Shown here piece after piece: positions 51,754-64,000 of a stretch of 64,000 nt of DNA. The position numbers were made by a program, and so were the translations under genes. This stretch comes from Octopus sinensis (lineage: Eukaryota). The stretch spans positions 44,330,001 through 44,394,000 of the forward strand of contig NC_042998.1 of assembly GCF_006345805.1 (NCBI RefSeq), given 5' to 3'. The first letter of the stretch is position 1; each line of letters begins with the position of its first letter. The notes below the pieces were generated by a model. The model ran no database searches. It was not told the origin of the DNA and was given only the letters and a program-made list of their open reading frames with translations.

Positions 51754-53690
51754 TGTTAACCTTATTTTGTGGTCATTGCTTTAATTATGTTAAGGAGGTG
51801 AGCTGACAGACTCGTTATCACAGCTGGGAAAGTACTTGGCGATATTTCTTGCGGATTTGCATTCTAGGTTGAAATCCCGCCAGGCATTTTGCCGCTTATC
51901 ATTTCATGATTGATAAAATATGTATCTATTGAGCAGTGTGATTGAGGAAATCGATCTAAAATTGTTAGCCTTGTGCCAAGTTTTGAAACAGTTATCTTAA
52001 TAATTTGAAAACTAAATTGAGAAAAAACAACGGACATTTACTGATGGGTGGTTCAGTATCTAGTGTCAAATTTATTATACGTTCATGTTGACAAGGACAT
52101 CCAGTTTAACGTTGTTCATTACAGAATATGCAGTGGACACGAATGTTAGAATATATTTAGGTATCTACACACACATACACCTCACAAACTATACACACTC
52201 AAACATAACAATTGGCGCACTCATTTTGATAAGACTTTCAGTTTCGCCTTGCTCATAATTGACTATGCCGTGAACACGAATTTTAGAATCGATTTACGCA
52301 TGTGTGCATCCATACACCTCACAAACTGTATATACAAGCACAGACTCACACATTACATATTGCTGCAATTCAGCTATAGACAAGCACACCGGAAAAATCT
52401 AAACACACAGAATATGATCTGGCACTGGATACTGGGAATTACATTTTCCATGGTGCCTCTTTAAGTTTTAGCTGACTCTAAATCATACACACTGATTTGG
52501 TTACGTGTAAAGAGAATTATGTTTTACAGAACAGAATTATGTACCTTCTCATGCAACATAATTTACCTTACGGATAATCAAAACACCTGCACGTCCTCGG
52601 GTTTTTGAGAGAGAAACCAGGGAATACATCCTGAGACAAAATACCGAGGCGTTGTCAAGGGATGTTTTCGCTAGAGATATGACCAACAACTCAAATCCAT
52701 CGCGGAGATACGCAGCCGAGGAATCATGACAAATAGAAACGCCTACACTGCGGCCCTACATTGAAGTTTGTTTAATGAATGTGATAAAATGATGAAAGCA
52801 ATATTTACCAAGCAAGTGAGCACCATTATACAAGGAAATAGTTAGACGTAAAAATATCAGAAAAATTATTCGAATTGTGAATCAAATGTGAAAATATTGT
52901 CAAGTGACTAGCTGAAAACCGCCCGGTGGTCGGTCTTTCTGCTAGTGTATATATACATGCATGTATATACATAGATATACCCAACATGATTATCATTGTA
53001 AATATATAACATTTTACACACATAAACACATGCATCCTCCGTACACACATACACACATATCTTGTATCTATTATGTTTATTACATACATGTACTTGTATT
53101 TTACATATTTAATGTTCTATCATTAAATCTCTCATTTGGCTTTCTACATCTCTATTATATATATATATATTATATATATACATATATACATGCATACATA
53201 TACACATATACATGTATGCATATACCTGTGTGTGTGTGTATGCTTCTTACATTTATGTAATATTGTTTCATCTATGCATGTGTTGCATGTAGATATTTTC
53301 ATACATATTTATGAATACCAAAAAAAGCTATGCCTTTGTCTTCTAATATGCATAACGTTAAAACTGCTGTAGACGAATTTAGAGCAGTTTATAACAAGAT
53401 GTTGCCCGATTTTATGTGCACATTTTTTTACGAAGTGATATATATAAATACCTAACAAAACACTTTGTTAAAATTCAATATAAATAGATGAATGAATATT
53501 AATATATATTATTCATTTAGCGCTGTTTCAAGTAGCTCTGTTTCAGATATTTTCGGTAATTTCTCTTATACATTCAGAATAAAAGTGATAATTCTAAATG
53601 AATTTATGTTGTTTGCATTGAATTACTGAGAAAAAATAATAATATTCGGGGAATAAATTTGTTATTGAGTGAAGTTAATTTATATTGATT

Positions 53691-53729
<39 letters not shown>

Positions 53730-53799
53730 GTGTGTATTGATTCGTGTGTGTGTATGTGTGTGAATGAGAAACCCATTCCACATTTATTAGTTAAATCAT

Positions 53800-54199
53800 C
53801 ACCGACAGAAATGTTAAAGCATTGCAGAAAATGCATTGCGACATTTATATTCCACTCTATACGTTCTGAGTTCAAATCCTGCGGAGGTCATCTTTGCTTT
53901 CCATCCTTACGGGATCAATGAAATTAAATACCAGTCATTTACTGGATCGATATAATCGACTCCCTCCTTCGCCTCAAAATTGACTTGTGTCAAAAATTAG
54001 TAATAACAACAATAATAATTACAAGGTTTGAAATTTGGGGGAGGAGTAGTCGATTACGTCAACCCCAATACACGATCGTTCCTCAGTTTTATCGACCTCC
54101 GAATGAATGACAGGTGGAATTTGATCTCAAAATGAGAAGACAGACGAAATGCACTATGCCTTTTATTCGGTGTGTTAGCGATTCTGCCAGCTCTCCATT

Positions 54200-54200
<1 letters not shown>
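53800..54200. mobile_element. Two degenerate SINE A copies tail-to-tail (53800-54000 +, 54020-54200 -)
   Basis: acgttctgagttcaaatcc on plus; gttagcgattctgccagctc marks a minus-strand head. Confidence 0.55.
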
Positions 54201-54253
<53 letters not shown>

Positions 54254-54320
54254 GAAGAAGAAGAAGAAGAAGAAGAAGAAGAAGAAGAGAAGAAGAAGAA
54301 GAAGAAGAAGAAGAAGAATA

Positions 54321-54494
54321 GGCGCAGGAGTGGCTGTGTGGTAAGTAGCTTGCTTACCAGCCACATGGTTTCGGGTTCAGTCACCTTGGGCAAGTGTCTA
54401 CTACTATAGCCTCGAGGCCAACCAAAGCCTTGTGAGTGGATTTGGTAGACGGAAACTGAAAGAAGCCCGTCGTATATATATATGTGTGTGCGTG

Positions 54495-54554
<60 letters not shown>

Positions 54555-54772
54555 CGTGTGTGTGTGCGTCTGTCTTTGTCCCCCCAACATCGCTTGACAA
54601 CCGATGCTGGTATGTTTACGTCCCTGTTACTTAGCGGTTCGGCAAAAGAGACTGATAGAATAAGTACTAGGCTTCAAAAGAATAAGTCCTGGGGTCGATT
54701 GTTTTCGACTAAAGGTGGTGCTCCAGCATGGTCGCAGTCAAATGACTGAAACAAGTAAACGAGTAAAAGAGA
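54321..54772 (+). mobile_element. SINE B, near full length
   Basis: GGCGCAGGAGTGGCTGTGTGGTAAGTAGC head, internal (TG)n, standard tail. Confidence 0.9.
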
Positions 54773-54834
54773 ATAATAATAATCTTTTCTGCTATAGGCA
54801 CATGGCCTGAAAGTTTGGGATCGGGAACCCCAGT

Positions 54835-55090
54835 GCGATACGATCAAGTAGCGAAAGTGCTACACTGAAATCTGTGCTAAAACTGGCGGTTAGAGCGAGA
54901 CAGGAGGTTGTATAAACACAAACTGCAGAGAGTGGCGGAGTCGTGGACTAGCAAAATCCTCTGGAATTTCCAAATCCAAAAGAAACAGGTGCTAAATCAT
55001 AACAGAGCAGACCAGACATAGTGCTAGTGTACAAGGTGCACCACATATGCCATATAGTTGAGGTTGCATGTCTCTTTGACCCTTGAAGAA
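54835..55090 (+). mobile_element. R2/R4-type (RLE) LINE fragment
   Basis: DQVAKVLH*NLC..KILWNFQI..HN.RPDIVLVYK..CHIVEVACLFD (RHD and PD..D/E motifs). Confidence 0.75.
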
Positions 55091-55525
55091 TCTTTAGTTG
55101 AATGAATTGACCCTCAAACTTACTTTCTTGTGTCTGTTAGTTTATTGGTCTCTTTCGCCAGTATATTTTTGCGTACATTTTGGGGAAAGGCAAATGATTA
55201 ATTCTGATTTCATGCGGTGAGATAAAACGGGACTCAATATTTTCACTAATGTGATTTTGTATTGCGGATAATGATCTAGGTTAGCAAGACCTTATATCAA
55301 ACACAACATCAAAATGAACTGGAGCCAACGATGAGAGTTTTACATGATCTCCCTCGAAACATACCATATGGTATTTTGTAAGAAATGCTTTGTATATTGT
55401 TGTTCTATATGCACTCTGTTAGAATAATAGAAAGGCTGGTCAAGGCTAGAAGCCATTTGATCATGTCTACACGACTACGGCTTACATGGACTAAACAAGA
55501 ATGACCACATCGGCCGTTTTAATAT

Positions 55526-55923
55526 TCTTTTCTACTCTAAGCATAAGGCCCAAAATTTTTGGAGAGGGATCCAGTCAATTAGATCGAGCCCAGTATGCAA
55601 GTGGTATTTAATTTATCGATCCCGAAAGGATGAAAGACAAAGTCGACCTCGACGGAATTTGAATTCTGAACGTAAAGACAGACGAAATACCTATTTCTTT
55701 ACTGCCCACAAGAGGCTAAACACAGAGAGGATAAACAAGGACAGACAAACGGATAAAGTCGATTACATCGACCCCTGTGCGTACCTGGTACTAAATTTAT
55801 TGACCCCGAAAGGATGAAAGGCAAAGTCGACCTCGGCGGAATTTGAACTCAGAACGTAACGACAGGCGAAATACCGCTAAGCATTTTGCCCGGCGTGCTA
55901 TCGTTTCTGCCAGCTCGCTGTCT
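55526..55923 (-). mobile_element. SINE A, two-unit form
   Basis: Same internal junction as at 3750, 38140 and 42400. Confidence 0.85.
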
Positions 55924-58259
55924 ACTGTCCGTTTTAATATTGTAATGCGACGTTGAATAACGTAGACAAAAATACAAAAACACAGAAATATGAGAGATAG
56001 ATTGCTTCATGAACTGAGGTGATATAATGATAAAGTGTACAGCGGAAATACTCAACGAAATGTCTGCTCGGATTAGAACATGCAGTTTTCATTAATCCAT
56101 ATGTATGAATTTATGAAATGAGAGCTCTTGTTGGGACACAGAAAATAAAGCTGATAGAGACAGTAAAAGTGAAATGTTGTGCGTTTGATAACCATTAAGT
56201 GCTCATTATTATTTCATTACTATTCGCTTCATATGTACACAATCACAATCAGTGTAAAGTTCCAGCTAATTCGTAATTATGAATATTAATCTTGTTTTCT
56301 TATTGACATTTTCTTTCACTACTATAACGTGCGTGTGGATTGTAGTGAAGAATACTACTTATTCATTTATAGAAAAATATGTACAGAAAGAAATTGGAAT
56401 AAACTGCCACAATTCAAATAAGGTAAAAGTTTACTTCAGGATATTGATCTTCACTGGAAAAGCATTCTAGGCAAACGTAAAAGCATTTGTGAAATCACGA
56501 AGTCATTAACTCCGTTATAATTCCAATCAAACTCCCAGACAAGCACGAAGTAGCACACTAACATACGCAATGTAAAACACCATATGTGTGGTGAAAAGAA
56601 TGTTATGTAAAACTGTGACTTACTGTTCATTTATCACGGGTTCAAATTCACTTTAAGTGTTTCATTTGGTGTTTTAAATTGCTACTTTATTCTACCTACT
56701 TCCGTCTCAATAAGAAACCGTCTCGAAGACACTAGAAAAGAAACTTAAGTTTTTCTTTATTTTCCCAATAAGCAGACAGTAGGTCAATTTTTGATACTGA
56801 ATTTTATACTACACAAGATTCGATTCTGATAATGAGTAATTCAGTCAATGCGAAAACTTTTTAACAAATTTATATATTACACACTTGCTTCCGGATATAT
56901 TTCTAATTTGCAATATAAAAGAAACAAAATGTCGTTTTGAAAAATATGCAAACATCTATGTATAAACACCTCATTTAAAAGCTACCATATGTTATTTTCT
57001 CTTCCTACCGTACACCTATTTACATTTTGCACTGAAATCAGCAATTTTGCATTTTAATAGTTGAAAATGTTGTCAGAATAAATAAAAATGAAATATCATT
57101 ACTGTTTAGGATATTTTTATGCATAAAACAGAATAACCTACTTCACGTTATGTATGACGGAATCATATTTTTAACGTTTTTAAACTGAATCATTTTAATT
57201 GCTACCAGAAACGTTTGAGACGAGGGCAAAAATATACTTTGATCACAGAATGTATAAACAGCCTATTATTTAAAAAAAAGTCAATATTCCACAAACTTTT
57301 TGACCAGACTCTTTAAAGAGTTTGTTTTGCGTTCTGAATTCAAATTACGTAGAAGTAATTTTACTAGCACATACTCTGATTCGTAAAGGTGCGTGGCCGC
57401 ATGGTTAGGATATTCAGCTCATAATAACAATGTCGTGAGTCGAAATCCTGGACAGAGTAATGCGTCTTCTCCTTAAGCAAGGCATATCTTTTCACATTGC
57501 ATTCATGTGCTGGTGCAGTTATTTTTTTTCTAGTTGTTCATGTCCGGATGTAACGCTTGGTTGTTGGTGAGAAGGTCGAAAGTGAATTTATGTTTGTTTG
57601 CGACAATGCGGGAATTTCAGACAATTAACGAAAGCATGCTACATGTTACGAAACTAAACTTGCTCTCGCGTAAGAGGTGACTGACATCTATATAAACAGT
57701 GAGATTGAAGATAGAAAAAAAATAACTAATGAGTGTATATGCATATTTTAAGAGTTATTGCTCTTTCATCAGCACCATGTCCAACCCACCAACAATTCAC
57801 AATGCATTGCTTACATACCTACTAAATTTACCGGTGCAACACTACTGTACAGACCAATTTACATATAAAACATATTCCGGCCAACTTGTACTGCGCCCTC
57901 GTGACCATTTAATTGTTTACTAAAAGAATAATCTAAACATTCTTATTTCAATCTATATGTATCAAAAAATATAAGTGAATTTAATTGATGTGTTTCTTCA
58001 CAATATCTGTGCATTAATACACGGTCTCACTCTATATCAGTGTGGCCGTTGTACAAGAAAAAGTACGCCCCTTGCAAGATTAAGGTTCGTTTTCTATGCT
58101 GTTAAATTTCTGTTAAGGCAGAATGGGTAAATGTCTTGGCCTCATTTATTATTGTAAGAATCAATTAACCGCAAGCTCTTGAGTATATCAGAATTAGACC
58201 GAAGGCTAACTTATCTGGTATAAATTTACAATGGAGATTCGGGATTACATTCATATATA

Positions 58260-58457
58260 TATATTAATAAAAATGGTAAGACAACAAAAGAATGAAAGAG
58301 ACCTCGATATTATGTAAATAGAGGAACTTATCTGTAAATGTAATTTTTACCGACAGCCAGATAACTGAAGAGATGGCGGCGTGGATTTCCACCTCGGCAT
58401 CCGAAACTCAGAGTTTTATCATGGCTACCGAATAATTGCCTCATATTACATTTACAG

Positions 58458-58460
<3 letters not shown>
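58260..58460 (+). mobile_element. PLE-terminus-like repeat family H2 (homologue 20520-20755 -, repeated across the gap at ~21620-21840)
   Basis: Shared aaaa(t/c)ggtaaga..aaagagacctc..gaagagatgg..gtggatttccac..ggcatc.gaaactcagagttttatc; perfect 16-bp inverted repeat 58329-58344/58445-58460. Confidence 0.7.
58356..58425 (+). ncRNA. Type-I hammerhead-like fold (family H2) with long stem II
   Basis: GCCAGATAA-CTGAAGA-GATGGCGGCGTGG-ATTT-CCACCTCGGCATC-C-GAAA-CT-CAG-AG-TT-TTATC-A-TGGC. Stems I, II and III pair; an extra C sits before GAAA. Confidence 0.5.
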
Positions 58461-58527
<67 letters not shown>

Positions 58528-60239
58528 TTATATATATATGTGTGTGTGTGTCACAAGCATTGCGATATAGTTGACAGCAATATGGAATATGTTCAATTTG
58601 AATATATTCAAGATGGTGTTGGCTGAGAAAATGTGTGTATAGGCGTAGAGGTGCTTGTATTTAATACTTTCATAGAGGACGAAAAGCATCATTCTTGTCG
58701 TTATCCAAACCCTCCGAGATTAGATCGAGAAAGTCATTCCCAGACGGGAGACCTGACTCGAATTTGTGTAACAGAGTGATCATTAGTAAAGACATCTTGG
58801 GACCAAGAGCGTGTGTTGCACGCGGTAAACTGGGCTGCGAGTTATGTTTACCAAGAACAGCATTGCTCTCTCCGACGAGCTCCTATACATCTTGCTACAT
58901 CATGTAGCAAACTTTACTCCCAAGCATTTGCTCCTATGGGGATGTGTTGAGTGATCATTACCAAGGTACTGCGAAATGAGTTGGAACTCGAAATTACATG
59001 GTTTGGAAGCAAACTACTTAATGCATGCATCGAGGGGTTAGGAAAAAGAAATAGTTAGGTTGTTGCTTATGAAAGAGAGATATAGGTTCGATTCGATTGG
59101 ATGTAGTTTGTAAATAGCTAAGAGGAACGTATATTGTAGGATTGTATAGGATCAATAATCTTATGTGCTTAAATTATTTTTTTAAATCATTTCTAGTGCG
59201 CCCGATGCTTCTATTTTCAATTCCAACATATCTTAAGCCATTTCGATACACTTCGCTTCGCACAAATGCATGTATACATGTGTGTGTGTGCATGTGTATG
59301 CGTGTGTGTGTGCGTGCGTGTGTTTCTTTGTGTGTATGTCTGTGTATGTATGTGAGTGTGTCACCTAATACTAATACCGTTGGCATTGTTATCAAAATAA
59401 ATTGATACTAATGCCTATATTCTTTGATCTTTTATATACACACACACACACGTGTGTGCAATGGTGTATGTGTGTGTGCATTTGTGTGTGTGTATCAAAA
59501 TTTAAATGTTTATTAGCAGTCTGTTTCATGTCAAATAGCTGTTGAGAAAAATCGTTGTGCAATTTGTTTTATAGATTTTGTCAATATCGTAAGTTTTACA
59601 GACATTTAGCATGCTTTCACTGCCTTATATTTTTACGGCAAAGCCATAAATCTTGCTATTGCATTGAATGCTCTAATGTTATTTATATATTCTATTTTCG
59701 CTAAGACTCCGCAGCGGTCAACAGTAAGATTGATTTTCTTTTCACCCTATTTTTTCTCGGCTCATATAATATTCTGTTTCGTTATCTGTTTTGGTCATTC
59801 CTGATAATCTGGAGTTTTCTGTAGTATCATTTGAGTCACCCGAAATAGCAGCAAAATATCCTTAAAATCAACTAAAGCGTTTTCAAGATGACTGTATCAG
59901 GCAATCTGATCACATACATAGAAAATGGCTAAAATAACAAGCCCTCTCCACAGACATATACACGCGCAGCACACACACCAGAATCCCTAGCAAAATCAGT
60001 AGCCAAACTAGCGGCTATACTTTTCTAAAGCGACATAATAAAAATTGAGAAGTACAAAATCAACAACTACGACAAACCGAAATAAAAGCGAAAAAAAACA
60101 GAAACAACAACAACAACAATACAACCGCAACCCCGAAATCCAATTGAATCGGAACTGCACCTTTAAAATACCATCGTAAATAGAAACAAGCGGGTAACGC
60201 GGTTGAGATAAAATGTCCCCAGAGTTACAAAATCAGTGG

Positions 60240-60620
60240 AGGGCTACAAGAATTTCATTCATAGGACATTGCTAAGTATACTTTTGATGACATTGAAAGA
60301 GAGCTCACTAGACCTCAGGAGAAAATTTCCAAGTAATATGAAAATTTTCTGAGACAGTCGGTGATGCTGGACACAAGTAACCGTGAAATTGATGATTTTA
60401 GAATAGTGGTCAACTATAACAAGACTGATAGAGGTCGACCAAAGCATCGGGAAATTTTTTGGATAGTCTGGCGTAACTTTTTAAAGGGTCGCTGAAATTG
60501 TGTTTGAACACCAATTAGATGGAGGCTTTTGAAAACTTTGCATACCTTTTCAGGCAGTTCCAACTATCTGACATGAAATGATTAGATTTCTCAAATGTTC
60601 TGTTAAGGACATGGAGCAAC
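60240..60620 (-). mobile_element. Possible hAT transposase C-terminal relic
   Basis: RSSELSFNVIKSILS resembles the hAT dimerisation S.ER.FS.L..IK motif; weak. Confidence 0.3.
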
Positions 60621-61569
60621 CCTATAAAGTTCTCTGCGATTTTTCTTAGGCCGGCTACCTGGTAGAAATAGCGTAGAAAGTCTACATCTACTAGTGATCT
60701 AAACGGACTACAGCGTAGTTTGTAAACAAATACTGATGGAGCGCTTTGAAGACGGTCAATATGACTTAGAAAAGTGGAAGAGAAAAATTTGATTACTTGA
60801 CAACTGTGCTTGACAGCTTTTTAGGTTCAATAAAATTTAATATCCGGTTCATTGGCATCGATTATCTCCCTGCCTCAAATTTCATCCTTTGAGTCTATGA
60901 GAGAAGCAAATTTTATTTTCAAAGTTAATAAAGTAAGTGTAACCCCTCCACCACATTTCTGAAACTGTGTCAATTGTAGAAACAATTATTATTGTCATGA
61001 AACGAATGCAGGATATTGGCAGAATCATAAGAGCGTGGAAAACAAAATTAATTCCGTTCTTTTTTTTTCAGTTATTTAGGTTTAAATTAAAATCCTGTAA
61101 AGTTTAATTTTATCTTGCACTCTCTCGGGGTCGATAAAACTAAGTAACCGTCTAGTACTCGGGTCAATGTAACGGACAAACTTCCACCCGACAAGATTTA
61201 GGACTAGGGACAATTAAGGGTGGAATCGTTAAAACGTCGTTCAAACGGTATTTCTTTTGAGTTCAAATCCCGCCAAATTTAATTTTGCTTTTCATCATTT
61301 TAATATTGATAAAATTAAGTACAAATCTAGTACTGAGTTGATATAACCGAATAATTCGCTCCTTCGAGTGTCAAGTCTACTGTCTGCTTTAGAAATAGTT
61401 AAGGCTGACTGATTAATAGAATCGTTAGAACGTCCTAGCGCTGTTTATTCGGAGACCAAATACAGCTAGGTTCAATTTGTCTTTCTGCTTCCTAGGTTCT
61501 ATAAAATAAAATATCCAACAGGCCTTGTAGCTGCACTAGAAACAATTATTATTATTATTATTATTATTA

Positions 61570-61613
<44 letters not shown>

Positions 61614-61614
61614 A

Positions 61615-61810
61615 GGCGGCGTTAAGGCGGTGAACTGGCAGAATTGTTAGCACACCAAACAAAATGCTTCGCAGCATTTCGTCTGTCTTTATGTTCTGAG
61701 TTCAAATTCCGGCCAAGTCGACTTTGTCTTTAATCCTTTCGCGGTCAACAAATTAAGAACCAGTGAAACACTGGGGTCGAAGTAATCGATAAGTCCCCTC
61801 TCACCAAATT
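61615..61810 (+). mobile_element. SINE A, with older copies at ~61100-61400 and ~61840-62060
   Basis: aaggcggtgaactggcagaattgttagc...gagttcaaattcc...cactggggtcga. Confidence 0.75.
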
Positions 61811-62395
61811 TCATATCGTTATTATAGCTTCCGTTATGAGAGCAGCAAGCTCACCGAATCGTTAGTGCGTCGGACAAAATGCTTAGCACCATTTCTTCCG
61901 CTGGTTCTTTACGAGCTAAGCTCAAATCAGGCAAGATTCCTTTCCTTTTTTCGGGATATATAAAATAGTATTGATGTAATGACTTGATGTTGATGTAATG
62001 GCTTAACACTTTCCTTGCCCACCAGTCCCCAATTTCTGGGCTTGTGCCAAAATGTGAACTATTTATTACTTATTTTATTCTTGTCAATAATATAAGGATA
62101 AGAAATCAAGAAGGCGCAAAAATGTGGAACAAAAATATACAGTGATATTGACATATCTTTTTACCAATTATGATATTGACATATCTTTTTACCACCTACT
62201 CATCTATTTCTAGAACGGTCAGTAAATAAAACGAAAACAACACGAAATACTCAAATATCGTGGATCACAAATTATCATGGAAACCATAATTCTAAAGACC
62301 ATATACACCTACCATATTATCGTTTTAACACGGACCCACACACACATACACACACACAACTAACATATGTGTGTGTGTGTGTGTTTATGAGTATA

Positions 62396-62620
62396 TCTAT
62401 TATATAAAATCCGTTCTGTCTGTGCGTGTGTCTTCTAAGATCTCGGGCATCCTCCATCCGATTGCGCTCAAATTTTATATGTAGATACCGACTGTATCAT
62501 GGCGTGTATAAGTCTTGAAAAAATTACAAAACTCGATTCCAAGTGAGAACACGATCGATAAAGCAGTGGGAACGTGCATTTGTACGTGCAAGTACATTAG
62601 TCGAAATCCATCTTTTGCTG
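62396..62620 (+). mobile_element. Helitron/DINE-like repeat (third family), 5' part
   Basis: A|TCTATTATATAAAATCCGTTCTGTCTGTG start, then ccgattgcgctcaaattt; 3' end not seen. Confidence 0.45.
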
Positions 62621-62754
62621 GTGTCTCAAATTTAGGTTAAATCAGTGTTTCTCAAAGGGGAGGCCTAGGGACGGTCGGACAAGTCGTTTTGAGAAAATTT
62701 GGTTTAAAGGTTTGACAACTCAGCACCGTCCGTTGGTCGGGGTGGGGCGTTTTG

Positions 62755-62798
<44 letters not shown>

Positions 62799-63657
62799 AA
62801 CATATGATGGAAAAACTGTTCTGAAGTGGTGCCCCAGCATGGCCGCAGTTTGATGATTGAAACAATTAAAAGGACACACATATAGACTCGTATATCTAAC
62901 TGTTTGTGGATGTATGGCAATAATCCGATTAAAATCAATGAATTTAAATTCAAACATATGAACCTATATATATAAAGGAAAATACGAACACTTTATATAG
63001 TTTTAATATAATTTTTAATATATTGACCGGTTTCGCTGTCGCTGTTCATGATATTATGTTTTACTTATTTGAATTTGTCCATGTTGTGTGTGATGATATT
63101 TACGAGTGAATAACTTCACAAGTAGAAAAATAAGGGGAGGTAATTGGTTATCGTTATTATTGTTATTCTTGTGGGCAAGGGAGATAACTGTTCAGCTTTC
63201 GGTAACGGCAGGAGAATAATGCTTTCGAAAAAAATTGTTTAGTGAGGGGATTTATGTACAGTGATGTAATCGTGAATTGAAATATGTAAAAAGATAAAAG
63301 TTGGTTATGCGTGCGTATTAAGACGTCTTCTGTATTTTTCAATGAAAAAAGTTTCTTTATGGAAACTTTCTTGTGGAGAGATTGTGGCTTTGCACTGCTA
63401 GAAGAGGAAGACAGTGAAATTTGGTTTGATGTTATTTGCACATTTTTCTATATGTTCACTGAAAGGAATTTGCCTGTATTGCGGGAATTTGCCTGTAATG
63501 CAAAGACATTTTATATGATTTTTAAGAATCAGTGTGAAACTTCTAAAATGTAGTTTTTATATCAAAGGAAAGTGTGATGGATCTGCTTATTATTTAACAA
63601 TCATTGGAATTGTGAAAATTTGTTGTTCCCTGTTAAATTATACAAAATATATACATT

Positions 63658-63690
63658 TTCAAAAGGGATGTAGACTTTTGCAAGTCACTG
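63658..63690. mobile_element. Tc1-type terminal inverted repeat end
   Basis: GGGATGTAGACTTTTGCAAGTCACTG|TA, i.e. TA-CAGTG..TGCAAAAGT on the minus strand; partner TIR not found. Confidence 0.5.
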
Positions 63691-64000
63691 TATATTGATG
63701 ACTATATCGGTGCAACTTCGCTCTCTCGCGAACAACTAGACTCCTTCCTCTCTTTTGTCAAATCTTTCCAGCCTGCTCTTGAACTCTCCTGCGCTATTTC
63801 CAACACTTCCATGGCCTTTCTCGACATTTTGGTCAGCATTCATCACTCCACTATTACCGTCTCCATCCACTACAAACACACCAACTCACACTCATACCTC
63901 AACTTCTCCTCCCACCCTAAACACACCAAGCACTCCATCCCCGACTCCCAATTCCTCCGTCTGCCCAGGCTCTGCAGTAACAACCATGAATTTGAGACTC
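63691..64000 (+). mobile_element. Penelope-like element reverse transcriptase fragment, open to window edge
   Basis: YIDDYIGATSLSREQLDSFLSFVKSFQPALE..MAFLDILV..YKHTNSHSYLNFSSHPKHTKHSIPDSQFLRL.RLCS; no stop in 103 codons. Confidence 0.9.

Noticed and set aside
62140-63500. Short tandem duplications (62140-62195, 63463-63500; also 19508-19545, 44885-44950)
   Set aside because: Ordinary slippage duplications with no further structure.

Overview
AT-rich, microsatellite-dense eukaryotic DNA. The tRNA-derived SINE families, Penelope/R4/Tx1 LINE relics and long (TA)n/(CATA)n/(AAT)n tracts point to an Octopus (coleoid cephalopod) genome; this is inferred from repeat content and was not checked against a database. 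No complete protein-coding gene is recognisable, and nearly all supplied ORFs are microsatellite translations or transposon relics. The best host-gene evidence is a 159-nt plus-strand exon (20251-20409), possibly with a 24-nt microexon upstream (13372-13395) and a short terminal exon downstream (22397-22421). About 1 kb around it is repeated across a 100-N gap, probably an assembly artefact. The rest is a nest of SINEs (three tRNA-headed families), mariner/maT/piggyBac relics, non-autonomous Helitron-like elements and Penelope-like (PLE) fragments. Three observations stand out. (1) At least three unrelated small repeat families carry minimal type-I hammerhead-ribozyme folds, one with a fully intact core (49063-49097); a fourth carries a non-canonical variant. 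(2) A fold-back element (4321-5725) joins a tRNA-like Pol III head, a microsatellite, inverted hammerhead arms and a T4 terminator. (3) The right-arm hammerhead of that element is split in loop II by an ~858-bp insertion built from two nearby templates in opposite orientations. All calls come from reading the sequence by eye, with no alignments or folding run.
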